DNA of 64,000 nt from an uncultured Nitrososphaeraceae archaeon (GTDB lineage: Archaea > Thermoproteota > Nitrososphaeria > Nitrososphaerales > Nitrososphaeraceae): contig CAVXZB010000087.1 of assembly GCA_963765895.1 (NCBI GenBank), positions 32,001 through 96,000 of the forward strand, in the 5' to 3' direction. Each line of letters begins with the position of its first letter. Position 1 is the stretch's first letter. The position numbers and the translations under genes are program-made. The notes beneath the pieces are model-generated. The model ran no database searches. It was given only the letters and a program-made list of their open reading frames with translations, and was not told where the DNA came from. Of this stretch, positions 23,751-34,330 are shown in pieces.

Positions 23751-25164
23751 GTGCTTAAAATTACACTAAAATATGACTGGTGGTACAATATTAATTTCTG
23801 GCATAGGCCATATACCGTTTTCCACGTTCGATTCGAGGTCAGGTATTTTTAGGGCACAGGCCTTGTATTATCAAAATATTATAGATTATTTAACACAGAG
23901 TGAATTGTCTTACGAAGATAGAGTCCTAGACCTAGTTCCATCGCCTCAGATATTAATGAACCACAATTTAGATAGTCACAATCACATATTCCTCAGAGAC
24001 TACCAAAAACATGCACTTGACAATTGGGATAAGGCAAATAAAAGAGGCTGCATAGTATTGCCAACTGGGTCGGGTAAAACAGTTATTGGAGTAAAGGCTA
24101 TAGAAAAGGTAAATGCATCATCACTTGTAATAGTACCCACGATCGATCTAATGGATCAATGGACCTCAGTACTTACAAAATTTTTTTCTCATTCTGACAC
24201 AATTAAAATTGGTAATCTAGGTGGAGGATCGGACGATATTCAAGCGATAACGGTTTCGACATACGATTCAGCATATTTAAGGGCGCCCAGTCTAGGTAAC
24301 AGATTTGCTTTAGTGATATTTGATGAAGTTCATCATTTGGCTGCACCCGGTTACAGATCAATCGCTGAACAATTTGCTTCTCCCTTTCGTTTGGGGCTAA
24401 CTGCTACAATCGAAAGAGAAGACGATTTGCATAAGGATTTACCGAGACTTGTTGGCGGTGTAGTATATGAGGCTCATCCTCGAGATCTCGCAAAAAATAG
24501 ACATCTAGCTTTGTATGAAATTCAAAGAAGAGAGGTAAAAATGCTACCTGAGGAGATTGAAGAATATAACAAATGGATTGGCATTTACCGAATTGGACTA
24601 AAAAAAGTAGGATTACGGATGGCATATGCTGGTGCGTTTCAACGACTAATAATGATGTCTGGCAGGAACAAAGTTGCAAGAGAGACAGTCCTTGCTAGAG
24701 GCAGGGCCATTGATATTGCATTAAATAGCAAATCGAAAATCGAAGAATTAAGAAAAATATTAGGTGAAAATCAAGGTCGTAAGACAATTATATTTACTCA
24801 ACACAACAAATTGGTGTATGATATATCAGATAGATTCTTGATACCATTTATTACTCACAAGTCAGGCAAAGATGAGAGGCAAGATGCTTTATCTGGATTT
24901 AAGGATGGGAGGTATAAAGCCATAGTCACATCCAAGGTCTTGGACGAGGGAGTTGATGTTCCAGACGCCGAAGTAGGGATTATTGTTAGCGGAACTGGTA
25001 GTAGTAGAGAATTTATCCAAAGACTTGGAAGATTGCTCCGGCCAAAAGCTAATTCAAACAATAAGGCGACGTTAATAGAAATTATTTCAGCTGATACGCA
25101 TGAAATAAGAACAAGTAATAGAAGGAAGAGGGCTTTTAAAAATACCAATAATGATAGTAATTAA
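23751..25164 (+). CDS. xpb: XPB/Rad25-like SF2 helicase (possible +1 frameshift at ~23778)
   Basis: LRDYQ, PTGSGKT, DEVHH, GLTATIERED, VLDEGVDVP, QRLGRLLR; GTG 23751 gives (M)LKITLKYD-GGTILISG if one base is removed. Confidence 0.9.
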
Positions 25165-25462
25165 TTCCGAAAATCATACTTTTCATATATACTCTCCAAG
25201 GTGTAAGACTTTCGGAATTTCTGGAAAATTAGGCTCGGTCTGTCAAAAGATTTCCACAGCATACTGTTACTATCTATTTTAACATAAGCAATTAAGAACA
25301 TGCCTATACAATTTAGAAGACGTAGCGTAATTGCCATCGTAAATTATGTGGTTTGAAGCCGTATTCAAGGAATTTGTCGACTATTACTTTCCAAAAAGAC
25401 TATACTACTTTGTGCTCCCAAACTAAAATCAGTATGTACTAACTGCACTGCCTCGTGTGTGG

Positions 25463-25654
25463 TCAATTAGTTATGCCAGTCGTTGGACTATTAACATATT
25501 TTTTAGCTTGGTCTGTCAAATTCTTTACTAACGGTTGGCCTACATTAATTACTTTTTCAAATCCACTAAGTATGCCGGAGGAAAATATCTTCCACCCCAA
25601 CCCTATAATTGCTAAAACGACTACAACCAATAATATAATACTGAATAGACCCAT
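25463..25654 (-). CDS. Small membrane protein
   Basis: N-terminal TM helix followed by an amphipathic helix. Confidence 0.65.
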   Translation of the reverse strand: MGLFSIILLVVVVLAIIGLGWKIFSSGILSGFEKVINVGQPLVKNLTDQAKKYVNSPTTGITN

Positions 25655-25896
25655 AACTACATAATCTAAGACATGCCCTTAAAGGTGAAGAAATCCACAT
25701 CTGTAAAGATGTACTATAGAAATGTTCTTAAAGATTAGATCTACCGATAGTAATAAGTAAAAGATTTATCCATTCCAATAAAGTTCTTGAAGATGTATAT
25801 TATACCTTCATAGAAATGATAAAGCCTGATCATGGTCTAGTATGGTCAGGTCATAATTCCGGATTTGTAACACCCAATGTAACCGACCTAGTTAAT

Positions 25897-26369
25897 CTAT
25901 TTTCTTATTCTGTATAGATTACTATGTGACACTATCACAAGCTTGTCATCCTGTAACCGCTTGATCTGAACATCAATCGATAATATGCCATAAGTATCGG
26001 TGGGATTTCCTTCTCTTTTGTCTGAGACACGATATTCAACCTCAAGCTCATCTCCGACATAAACTTCCCTAGAAATCGCGTATTCCGATTGTTCCATTTG
26101 GTGTCTCCGTCCATTCCATAAAGTAACATAACGTTATTAGAAAATATGCCCAGTTGCGTCATCTCGCCTTCAGCACGGGCAAGTATGGCTCTACCAGGCA
26201 AAAGAGTTCCTTTGATTCCTTCTTTTTCTGCTATTTTTGGATTGGTATGTAAAATGTTTTTTACCTTTGAAAATGCAAGGTACTGATTAAATTCCTCATC
26301 ATTAATTAGGATCTTTGATTTAAATAATTGACCTGCCTTAAACTCATCAAATTTCAAATCTAACCTCAA
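25897..26369 (-). CDS. MaoC/hot-dog fold dehydratase-like protein (-1 frameshift in a G-run at ~26068)
   Basis: FDEFKAGQ, N.LH, LLPG, then RFLG|EVYVGDELEVEY when the two ORFs are joined. Confidence 0.8.
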
Positions 26370-26901
26370 AATTAAAGTAAGTTCTATAAATGTTTCAACA
26401 TGGGACTACTTGAGGTCATTGTTATACACTCCACTCCAAAAACACATAGATCTATGTAGGTTATTCGTATTATTAAGATATCCAGAAGTACATATCTATT
26501 TTGGTTCACAAGATTCAATCACATGATGATGCATATGTAATAGACTTACTATCCGCGAGTTGGCCACTTGACGTAGCAACCTGTATAAAACAATTTTGCA
26601 TTCTCTGGAGTGTTGTATACTATTCTAACATAACAAAGAACATTATTTGATCCTGCTAGTTTCTGAAGTTCAAGCTTTTTAGGACACTCTTTGTACTCGG
26701 TTTCCTGATCTGTGTAGATTACATGCAAACGATGATATGAATACCGTAGGGGTTCAAATACCTAGAATGTTAATGTTCTGAATATCGCCAGCTAAAAAAA
26801 AGACTTTTCATAACTTGATAATTACTACCAGGTAATACAAGTTATTTATTAGTGTCCTGAACATGATGAAAGGATAAATAACTAGGATATAGAAATGCAA
26901 A

Positions 26902-27255
26902 ATGATAATCAAAAGCCAAAGAATTAAAAAAGCAATTTTAACTGCTTTGGCTGATGATGATATGATCAAAATCCTAGATTCTGTCGGAAACCAGGCAAAG
27001 TCTGTTAGAGATATCATAAGTGAAAAAGAAATTCCCTATACGAATGCATACAGAAAGACTAAATGGCTACTTGCAGAAAAATTGCTTATAATTGATGAAA
27101 TCATAATTACACCAGATGGAAAGAAATTTAGTTTATATAGAAGTGTGTTTTCTTCAATTAATGTAAGATACGCTGGTAATGAAATAATTATAGAGGCTGA
27201 ACAAAATTTCAATCCCAGAATAAGAACAGTAGAAAGATTTTTCTCGCTGGAATAG
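26902..27255 (+). CDS. Winged-helix (ArsR-like) transcription regulator
   Basis: ALADDDMIKIL...SVRDIISEKEIPYTNAYRK...DGKKFSLYRS. Confidence 0.8.
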   Translation: MIIKSQRIKKAILTALADDDMIKILDSVGNQAKSVRDIISEKEIPYTNAYRKTKWLLAEKLLIIDEIIITPDGKKFSLYRSVFSSINVRYAGNEIIIEAEQNFNPRIRTVERFFSLE

Positions 27256-28481
27256 GATGTATTTCAAAAATAAATAAACAAATAGAGATTATTGGCATGC
27301 CGTTACCTCTCAGAAATACACATAGCTGCTATAACAATTAATCAGGCAATACTTATTAATGTTTGAATTCTTTTGTGCGTTTAACAAAGACAATACAATA
27401 TGGATTCAAGAGAATAAGGAATTGTATTTTTTGCAAGTTTATGTACTATAAAATCTTTTAAGTTTGTAATTCGATCTCCCGCCAAAGTCCTCCTGAGTAT
27501 TTGTCCTTTAAATTGATGAAGACTTAGGCAGTTTCCGATACGGATAAGCGGTTATTTCCATTCCATATTGCATTGACTTATTCAAGAGTTAGTCAACTTA
27601 GTTGACATACTATTTCGGTAACAATAAAAGAATCCCTGAAGTACGTCTATTCGGCACTGCTAAAGGCTCGATGGACTTTGCTAAAAGATTTAGGCTTATT
27701 TACCTATTTTTCAAAAGTCGTATGTAAGCGGTAAAATCAATCTACCAAGTAATTATATGTACCGTTGTATCCGACCAATCTGGAATCAATTTTCGAAAAG
27801 CTTGGTTATTATTATTATTACTTTATTTGAAATGCAATACTCTCTTCACCTAAAGTTGGTCAAGACATAAGCTCCTATCTCAAATCTGTCTCTTTTAGAT
27901 CCAACAATTTTTCCAATCCGTCACTTCTGACTATAGTAGGAACGTTGGAGTCGATCGAGTGCGTGTCACCGATCAAAAATATCCTCAAATAGGAGTCAAC
28001 CGACTCTCGGATAGTACTGACCAAAATCCTTTTCTTTCAGTTTAGAACATTAACTTATACGAGTTTGGAGTCCTCAGTAACAAACAACGCTTGGCAATTG
28101 CTTTAGATAATTTCCTTCCTATTCGATTAATAGATTTTTCCCATCTTTCGGTTATTCTCTTTTATAATATATTTGTGGCTCAAAGGAACACAAAAGGAAA
28201 TTATCGCTTTTATTATAGAATTGGATATAGAGTTGGACTCTACGGTATATATACACGCTCATTTACTGCAGCCGTTGTATATGGCATCTAATCTCGATTC
28301 ATTGTCAAGTGATTATATTATTTAAGTATCTAATTAAAAATAATATAAATTAAAAATATACTAACGGAAGATCCCAGCTTCAAAGTTCACCTTTCTAATA
28401 ATAAATCGTGTGATAACTGGCCCAGATAACCATCCATAATACAAGAAGATTTATTTTCTTGTATTATTTGAAAATATATAT

Positions 28482-28748
28482 TTGAGTGATAAAAAAATAG
28501 AACTAGCTTTTCCGAAGTATGAAGAAGAAGACGAGGAATATATATCGAAGGGGAGGGGTCAGGATTTAATTAAGTATTTGTCCACTAGCATGGATGAAGT
28601 TACAAACTGGTTTGACAAATACCACGTAGAGTCCATCGAATTATCCATCAGTGGGGCAATGGAAACTGGTGGCATACTAAAGTTGATAGTTAGTGCAAAA
28701 GGAGAAGGAGGATTAAGGGTGACTTTAAAACCTAAGCCGAAAAATTAA
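28482..28748 (+). CDS. Small Pepco/Trypco-like (peptidase co-occurring) protein
   Basis: Acidic N-terminus, a helix, then VESIELSISGAMETGGILKLIVSAKGEGGLRVTLKPK, a beta-hairpin pattern typical of Pepco/Trypco domains. Confidence 0.65.
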   Translation: MSDKKIELAFPKYEEEDEEYISKGRGQDLIKYLSTSMDEVTNWFDKYHVESIELSISGAMETGGILKLIVSAKGEGGLRVTLKPKPKN

Positions 28749-29740
28749 GTACAACCGCAATAAATGCTATCAAGTGTTATTTGCACAAATGCTTAAAGGA
28801 TAGCCCTAGTGTATATTAGGGATGTCAAGATACTCATGGTTTATAATATTGCTTACAATATAATTTTATTTGACTCATGGTTGGTTGTAATTTTATAGGT
28901 CCGAAAGCATTGTTTGCATAATCCTGTAATTATATAAATTTTGTTATGTCTGAATACCTTTTCTGGACCCTAGCGTAGTTCTTGGAACTTGTAATTGGAA
29001 CATGAAGGTCACCACTCTTCAGAGGAATTGGTTGAGCTTAAACATCCATACCAGTCTCTATCGATTACTTTAAAATTTCCTCAACTAATCCAAAAATCTA
29101 TTCAACCAATCCATGTACATTTTGTGCTCCAAAGCCTGATTAAGTATCCAAGCACCCTAGATATTTTGTCAATATCTATTAGTCTACGTATTGCGATGAT
29201 CAAACGGCCAGGTCAGTTCTGTCGACTGTAAGAATAATTGCTTATTAACAAAATTTCGAAATGTGTTTTTATATTTGCTGGATTATTTGATAATAAATCC
29301 TAAAATTTTGAAACGTGGGATAGCCTGTTCCTTAGTCTTGTCCAAGATCTGGTATTTTATATTAGAAAATATGCTTTTTCATCGGATGCCAAAATCTGGA
29401 GATTGGAATCGTCCTGATGCTTTCATATAGTGTATATGCAGCAGCAACAAAGCTTTCAAAAACTCTTAATAAGTTGACTCCTATTAAATTTGCTAGTGAT
29501 TATGGGAGATCGATCAGATCCAATCACATGAGTCGTTATTGAGGTCTTTTTGTAGAGCAGGTTCATAATGCAACCATTACTTTGAACTACATACGGAGAA
29601 GAGAAAATCAAGTTCATTATACAAACAGAAAAATAAGAATCTACTATTAATACTATAAGCTGAAGAATCAGAAACAGTAGGAACTTCTAATAGAGAAATT
29701 ACCATAAACTTTATGGCTAACAGATTTAATCTTTTACTTA

Positions 29741-30355
29741 ATGATGAAGATACCTTTACTAATTGTCTCTGCATTGGCATTTGTACTGATAGGCGCAACA
29801 ATCGGACATAATTCTTATCCGATATATGCCCAAACTCCCGCCCAGCAAGGCAATAGTTCGGACTTCTCCCTTAAAGGAAATATTGCTTCTATCTTTGGCA
29901 CATTCACAGGAGGTGGTCCATTCGAAATGGATGCAAGGGACGGAAGGGTTACGAACTTTACAGCAGACATTCTCGCCGTCCATACATTTGGAAATGATAT
30001 CAGTGGAAGAGCGCATGATCATAGATTGAGTAATTTCCAGCAAGCACCTGGTACCAGGATTGAACTCAATGGGAACGATTCGGCAACGATACACGGAGTT
30101 ATGGATGTAGGATTTAATAAAAAATTAGATTTCTGGCCAAAAGTACCAACAACTATTTCAATAAGGAATGGGACGGTACTGTTCATTGTTTTTAAAGATA
30201 CCCCCAGACCATCACTAGTAAGCTCTTCTACTTCTACTCCTGCTACTGCTGCCGAACATTTTAAGAACCCAAGTGAGACACCTGACCCTCATGGATCCAC
30301 ACCTATAAAAGGATTAATTAAAACTATCTCGCGCATGACGACAAAAACAAATTAG
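29741..30355 (+). CDS. Secreted hypothetical protein
   Basis: Signal peptide ending IYAQ; beta-rich; HDH and AAEHF..PIKG motifs. Confidence 0.7.
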   Translation: MMKIPLLIVSALAFVLIGATIGHNSYPIYAQTPAQQGNSSDFSLKGNIASIFGTFTGGGPFEMDARDGRVTNFTADILAVHTFGNDISGRAHDHRLSNFQQAPGTRIELNGNDSATIHGVMDVGFNKKLDFWPKVPTTISIRNGTVLFIVFKDTPRPSLVSSSTSTPATAAEHFKNPSETPDPHGSTPIKGLIKTISRMTTKTN

Positions 30356-30379
30356 ATATTATTAACTGAGTGATCCGAT

Positions 30380-30595
30380 ATGAAACAAAAAATAATCATA
30401 CCTACAGCCGTCATATTTTTGATATTTGTTTTGTTTTTCATCCCCACTGGGACAAAGATAACTAAGGCCGACAGCGGATGTCAGCTGCATCCTATCCCAA
30501 TCATGCCGATGATTCATATTTCATGTGCTCCTCCCAAAATTAAAAATTGCCAAGTGCCGGTTACTGGAATGGAAATTGCCGACGTCAAATGCTAA
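30380..30595 (+). CDS. Small secreted Cys/Pro-rich peptide
   Basis: Signal peptide plus ~40-aa mature part with 4 Cys. Confidence 0.5.
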   Translation: MKQKIIIPTAVIFLIFVLFFIPTGTKITKADSGCQLHPIPIMPMIHISCAPPKIKNCQVPVTGMEIADVKC

Positions 30596-30619
30596 CCACT
30601 TTATTTAATACCATCAGCT

Positions 30620-31900
30620 TGTTATTTTCTTTGAACTATCATCCATACAGCTAATGATGTAACGATACCTTTTGTGGAATTCCTCAAATAGGAATGCGCA
30701 AGAATACCCATTCGTACCATATCATTTGCATACTTCATGACAAGCTGTTTGTTGTACCTTGTTCTGACGTTTCTTTTAAGAATGCACGGGCTATTTCTAT
30801 TTAGTATCTTGTTTGCATATTATTCCGCTGCACAAGAGCTCGACATACTTTCTTAATCTAGATTTGATCCTATTATTACATCTAAATCTGATGCTTAATC
30901 GTAGATCAAGTATTGAATCATCTACTTATAATGTTACGTTGTTGTACGTGATATTTGTGAGGTCTTCATGAGCAATCTGATGAACCTTGTATCCTTTCTA
31001 TTGGTATCTGTCATTTAATTTGTAGTATGTTTTTTTCTGGATACACCATACCTTTTAGAAATACCACTCGTATCATCAATTCTCCTCTTTGTATTAGATT
31101 GAATCTTGACGATTTTTATATTGATACACTTCCTGATAACAGAAATCTAACCTATGTCCCTAAGATATAACATCATAGATGTCAGGAAGTACAATACACA
31201 TAGGAATCCAAAACATGGGAAGATGAGGTGAGATCATTATCCCATATTATTGATATTATTGATATTATTGGCACTCTTCCCTGATAAGTTAATACGATAA
31301 AGCTAAAGCTGTAAAACACCACCTACAAGATATATGTTAATTTTTCAAAGGAAAAGAACTCCGCTAGATTGATCATGTATGCATTGTACCTATACAATCT
31401 AGGACTAAGTTAGTCTTAAGTACAGCAAAAGCATTAGATCCATTTGTGTAAAAAAGAAGTCATGTTGCTATGTAATATTGGTACAATTATTCATTCAAAT
31501 AAACTCTATTTGAAATGAATAAGGGTTACTGCGTTTATAACGGACGAAACTGCTACAGATTGGTTCAGATTATGCATGGTTATGGGTTGCTGTGGAATCA
31601 GTACATAAACAAATTCTTAGATTTTGTTTACATCTCAAGACATAACAATTCGCTATTTGGTGAATCATTTCTAAGAACATTAATTACGATCTGTGGTAAA
31701 CATACTGTATTATATTCAGACCTGGTCGCCTGATATCCAGAGGCATATTCTTCTCTTGGCCTTTGATACTTACATTCATTTAAAAAAGGTGTCATAGAAT
31801 GACGATACAATACTTAAAAGATAGAACAGAGAATTTTGATATCATTATCCTTGCAGGCCCAAGGGATGTCATAATCTGTTCATGTATACAATTGGACGAG
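30620..31900 (-). pseudogene. Possible decayed CHAT-domain (caspase-like) peptidase
   Basis: Fragments in order on the minus strand: TDYDIPW (~31870), IYDVIS*GH (~31165), SSCAA (~30832), EIARAFL (~30790); many stops and longer-than-usual spacing. Confidence 0.25.
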
Positions 31901-32149
31901 TGTACTTGTGTTATGTATAATTCAAACATTCAGCATATAAAATTTATGACTCTTGTATAATTGATGAGAGATGAGGAGGCTTAACTTAATAGGAATGACA
32001 CATTAGTCGCAACCTCAGGGTTAGACCAGAGACTATTCTAGATCTGGCCAATATATCACATATCAAACTATCCAACAGTAAATAGCCGTATGTTACTCTG
32101 GCGTCGTAAAAGAAGAGAGAAATAAAAAACAAAAAAATATATTCAAACA

Positions 32150-32399
32150 CCCAGTTACAATCCTAAGAAGGTAGTAAATATTGCCTCAAATTAGAAAGGT
32201 CGACAAATGGTATAAGAGAGCGACTTTCAGCTTTCGGCGAAAGTTTCCAGGTGGATCCAAACAACATCTAGTAGACTGAATAGAATTATCGATTACAGGT
32301 GTAATAGAAACTCGAGAAATAACAAGATTAATTATTGGGGTTACGGGAAGATGGGTTGAGGCATTAAAGCCAAGAAATCAAGTACTAACTAGTATATGA
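32150..32399 (+). pseudogene. Decayed second Pepco-like paralog directly upstream of the caspase
   Basis: Stitched frames give GIRERLSAFGE-VSRWI-KQHLVD*IELSITGVIETREITRLIIGVTG-EDGLR-LKPRNQ, which aligns to 28482-28748. Confidence 0.7.
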
Positions 32400-32507
32400 T
32401 AAATAGCCAACTATTATAATTTATTAGCTTTATTAATGACATTTTTACGTAGCTTTGGAATAATGTTATTATAATTGCCAAGCTGAGTTTAAACTATCCT
32501 AGGAATA

Positions 32508-34229
32508 GTGAAAAATGGTACTATGGCAGTAGATAAGAGGGAAGAAGAAAATACTACCCCTAAAAAGAAGGCAATAGTAATCGGTGTTAGTGATTATAAC
32601 ACTATGCAACCTCTTAATTTTTGCAAAAAAGATGGGATAGAGATATGCGAGCTTCTGACATCCTTAGGATATGAGATTTCAGACAGTCATAGACTAATAG
32701 GACATGTTGGATTTAATCAAATGAGAGAGGCAATTTATGATTTCTTTGATAATTCATCTGCACTAGGCAATCAAACTCTTCTTTTCTACTTTTCTGGTCA
32801 CGGTGTACCTTCTGAAGGAGATATGTGCCTTGCATCCTCTGAAATAAATCCAGACGAACCTTACAGAAAAGGCTTTTCCTCGTACGAACTTACAAGGCTG
32901 ATGCAGGGTAGCGTATCATTAAGAGTGGTGACAATTTTGGATTGTTGCTATAGCGGGGCAGCCAAGCTAAGCAAAGGACATGAAGATGATGCTGCAAAAA
33001 TAGCGACCGATGCATTACGAAGCAAAGCAAGAATACTTCAAGGTGAGCAGCAAGGTGAAGGAAAATGTCTTTTAGCTGCTAGCCAAGCTGCCCAGGAAGC
33101 TTACGGACTAAAAAAACAAGAGCATAGTATCTTTACATACTATTTGCTTGAAGGATTAAGGGGAAATGAAAGGTCTGTTGATACTAATGGTAACGTTACT
33201 CCATATTCTTTGGGAAGTTATGTTTACAAAGCAATACTGAATCTTCCTCCAAAAAAAAGGCCAAAACAAAAACCAGTAACAAAAGTAGAGGCATCAGGTG
33301 ATATCATACTTGCCGAATATCCTGAACTTGCAAAAAGAGATTCCTCTGCCATTCTCACCCCGATTTCTTCTTCTGGCCTTCTTTTCTATTCCTTACCTCC
33401 ACAGCAGATGTCACCACCTGTACAACAAGAACACCTATCATCACATTCACCTGTCTCATCGCTTTACTCCTTAGATGATGTAGGGCGAAAAGCAAAAAGA
33501 GAACAGAATATTGCGGCACCAGTTAGACCCAAAGTAGAGGAGAAGAAACAACTGCTCAGTAATTCTAAAGTGATGATGCTAATAGTTGCGGTTATAAGTT
33601 CAATTGTGGCTGTTGTTGTGGTCGGCGCAATACAAATACAACCAAACAATCATCTTCCATCAGCTACTAATGAGTCTGTTACAACAGAGATGAACACACG
33701 TGTGAAAGCGACATTGGAAGGCGGAGATCCAGATAAGAATAATACAATAACTGCAGCTATCATCACACCTCCATCTCATGGAACTTTAGGTGATATCAAC
33801 CAAGTTAGTGGTGTTGTAACTTATACGCCACATCCAGGGTTTTCTGGGAAGGATAAATTCACTTTCAAAGTCAATGACGGCATAGCTGACAGTAATAATG
33901 TAGGTACAGTTTCGATATCCGTAAACCAGTTACCACTAGGAAACCACCCCCCATCAGCTACTAATGAGTCTGTTACAACAGAGATGAACACACCTGTGAA
34001 AGCGACATTGGAAGGCGGAGATCCAGATAAGAATAATACAATAACTGCAGCTATCATCACACCTCCATCTCATGGAACTTTAGGTGATATCAACCAAGTT
34101 AGTGGTGTTGTAACTTATACACCGAATCTGAACTTTGCTGGAAATGACAGCTTTACATACAATGTAAATGACGGTCGAATAGATAGTAACAACATAGCTT
34201 TAGTGAAGATAAGAGTAGGTGTCCGGTAA
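32508..34229 (+). CDS. Caspase family (peptidase C14) protein with TM helix and two Ig-like (Big_9/cadherin-like) domains
   Basis: KKAIVIGVSDY, FYFSGHG (His), ILDCCYSG (Cys), SIFTYYLLEGL, QKP; TM MMLIVAVISSIVAVVVVGAI; PSHGTL...YTP..GF.G.D.FT..VNDG twice; ATG 32523 is an alternative start. Confidence 0.92.
   Translation: MKNGTMAVDKREEENTTPKKKAIVIGVSDYNTMQPLNFCKKDGIEICELLTSLGYEISDSHRLIGHVGFNQMREAIYDFFDNSSALGNQTLLFYFSGHGVPSEGDMCLASSEINPDEPYRKGFSSYELTRLMQGSVSLRVVTILDCCYSGAAKLSKGHEDDAAKIATDALRSKARILQGEQQGEGKCLLAASQAAQEAYGLKKQEHSIFTYYLLEGLRGNERSVDTNGNVTPYSLGSYVYKAILNLPPKKRPKQKPVTKVEASGDIILAEYPELAKRDSSAILTPISSSGLLFYSLPPQQMSPPVQQEHLSSHSPVSSLYSLDDVGRKAKREQNIAAPVRPKVEEKKQLLSNSKVMMLIVAVISSIVAVVVVGAIQIQPNNHLPSATNESVTTEMNTRVKATLEGGDPDKNNTITAAIITPPSHGTLGDINQVSGVVTYTPHPGFSGKDKFTFKVNDGIADSNNVGTVSISVNQLPLGNHPPSATNESVTTEMNTPVKATLEGGDPDKNNTITAAIITPPSHGTLGDINQVSGVVTYTPNLNFAGNDSFTYNVNDGRIDSNNIALVKIRVGVR
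33657..34120 (+). repeat. Near-identical ~170-bp duplication with 294-bp period in the Ig-like domains
   Basis: CCATCAGCTACTAATGAGTCT...GTAACTTATAC begins at 33657 and 33951. Confidence 0.9.
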
Positions 34230-34330
34230 GTGTAGATTAGTAACATGAATGACAATAATCCCGCTTTGATTTTTGATTTTGGTAATAAAGTGAGTAACAC
34301 TTGGTAATAGAAAAGCATAGAAAAGGTTGT

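Noticed and set aside
31244-31270. ATATTATTG x3 tandem repeat
   Set aside because: Low-complexity slippage in decayed AT-rich DNA
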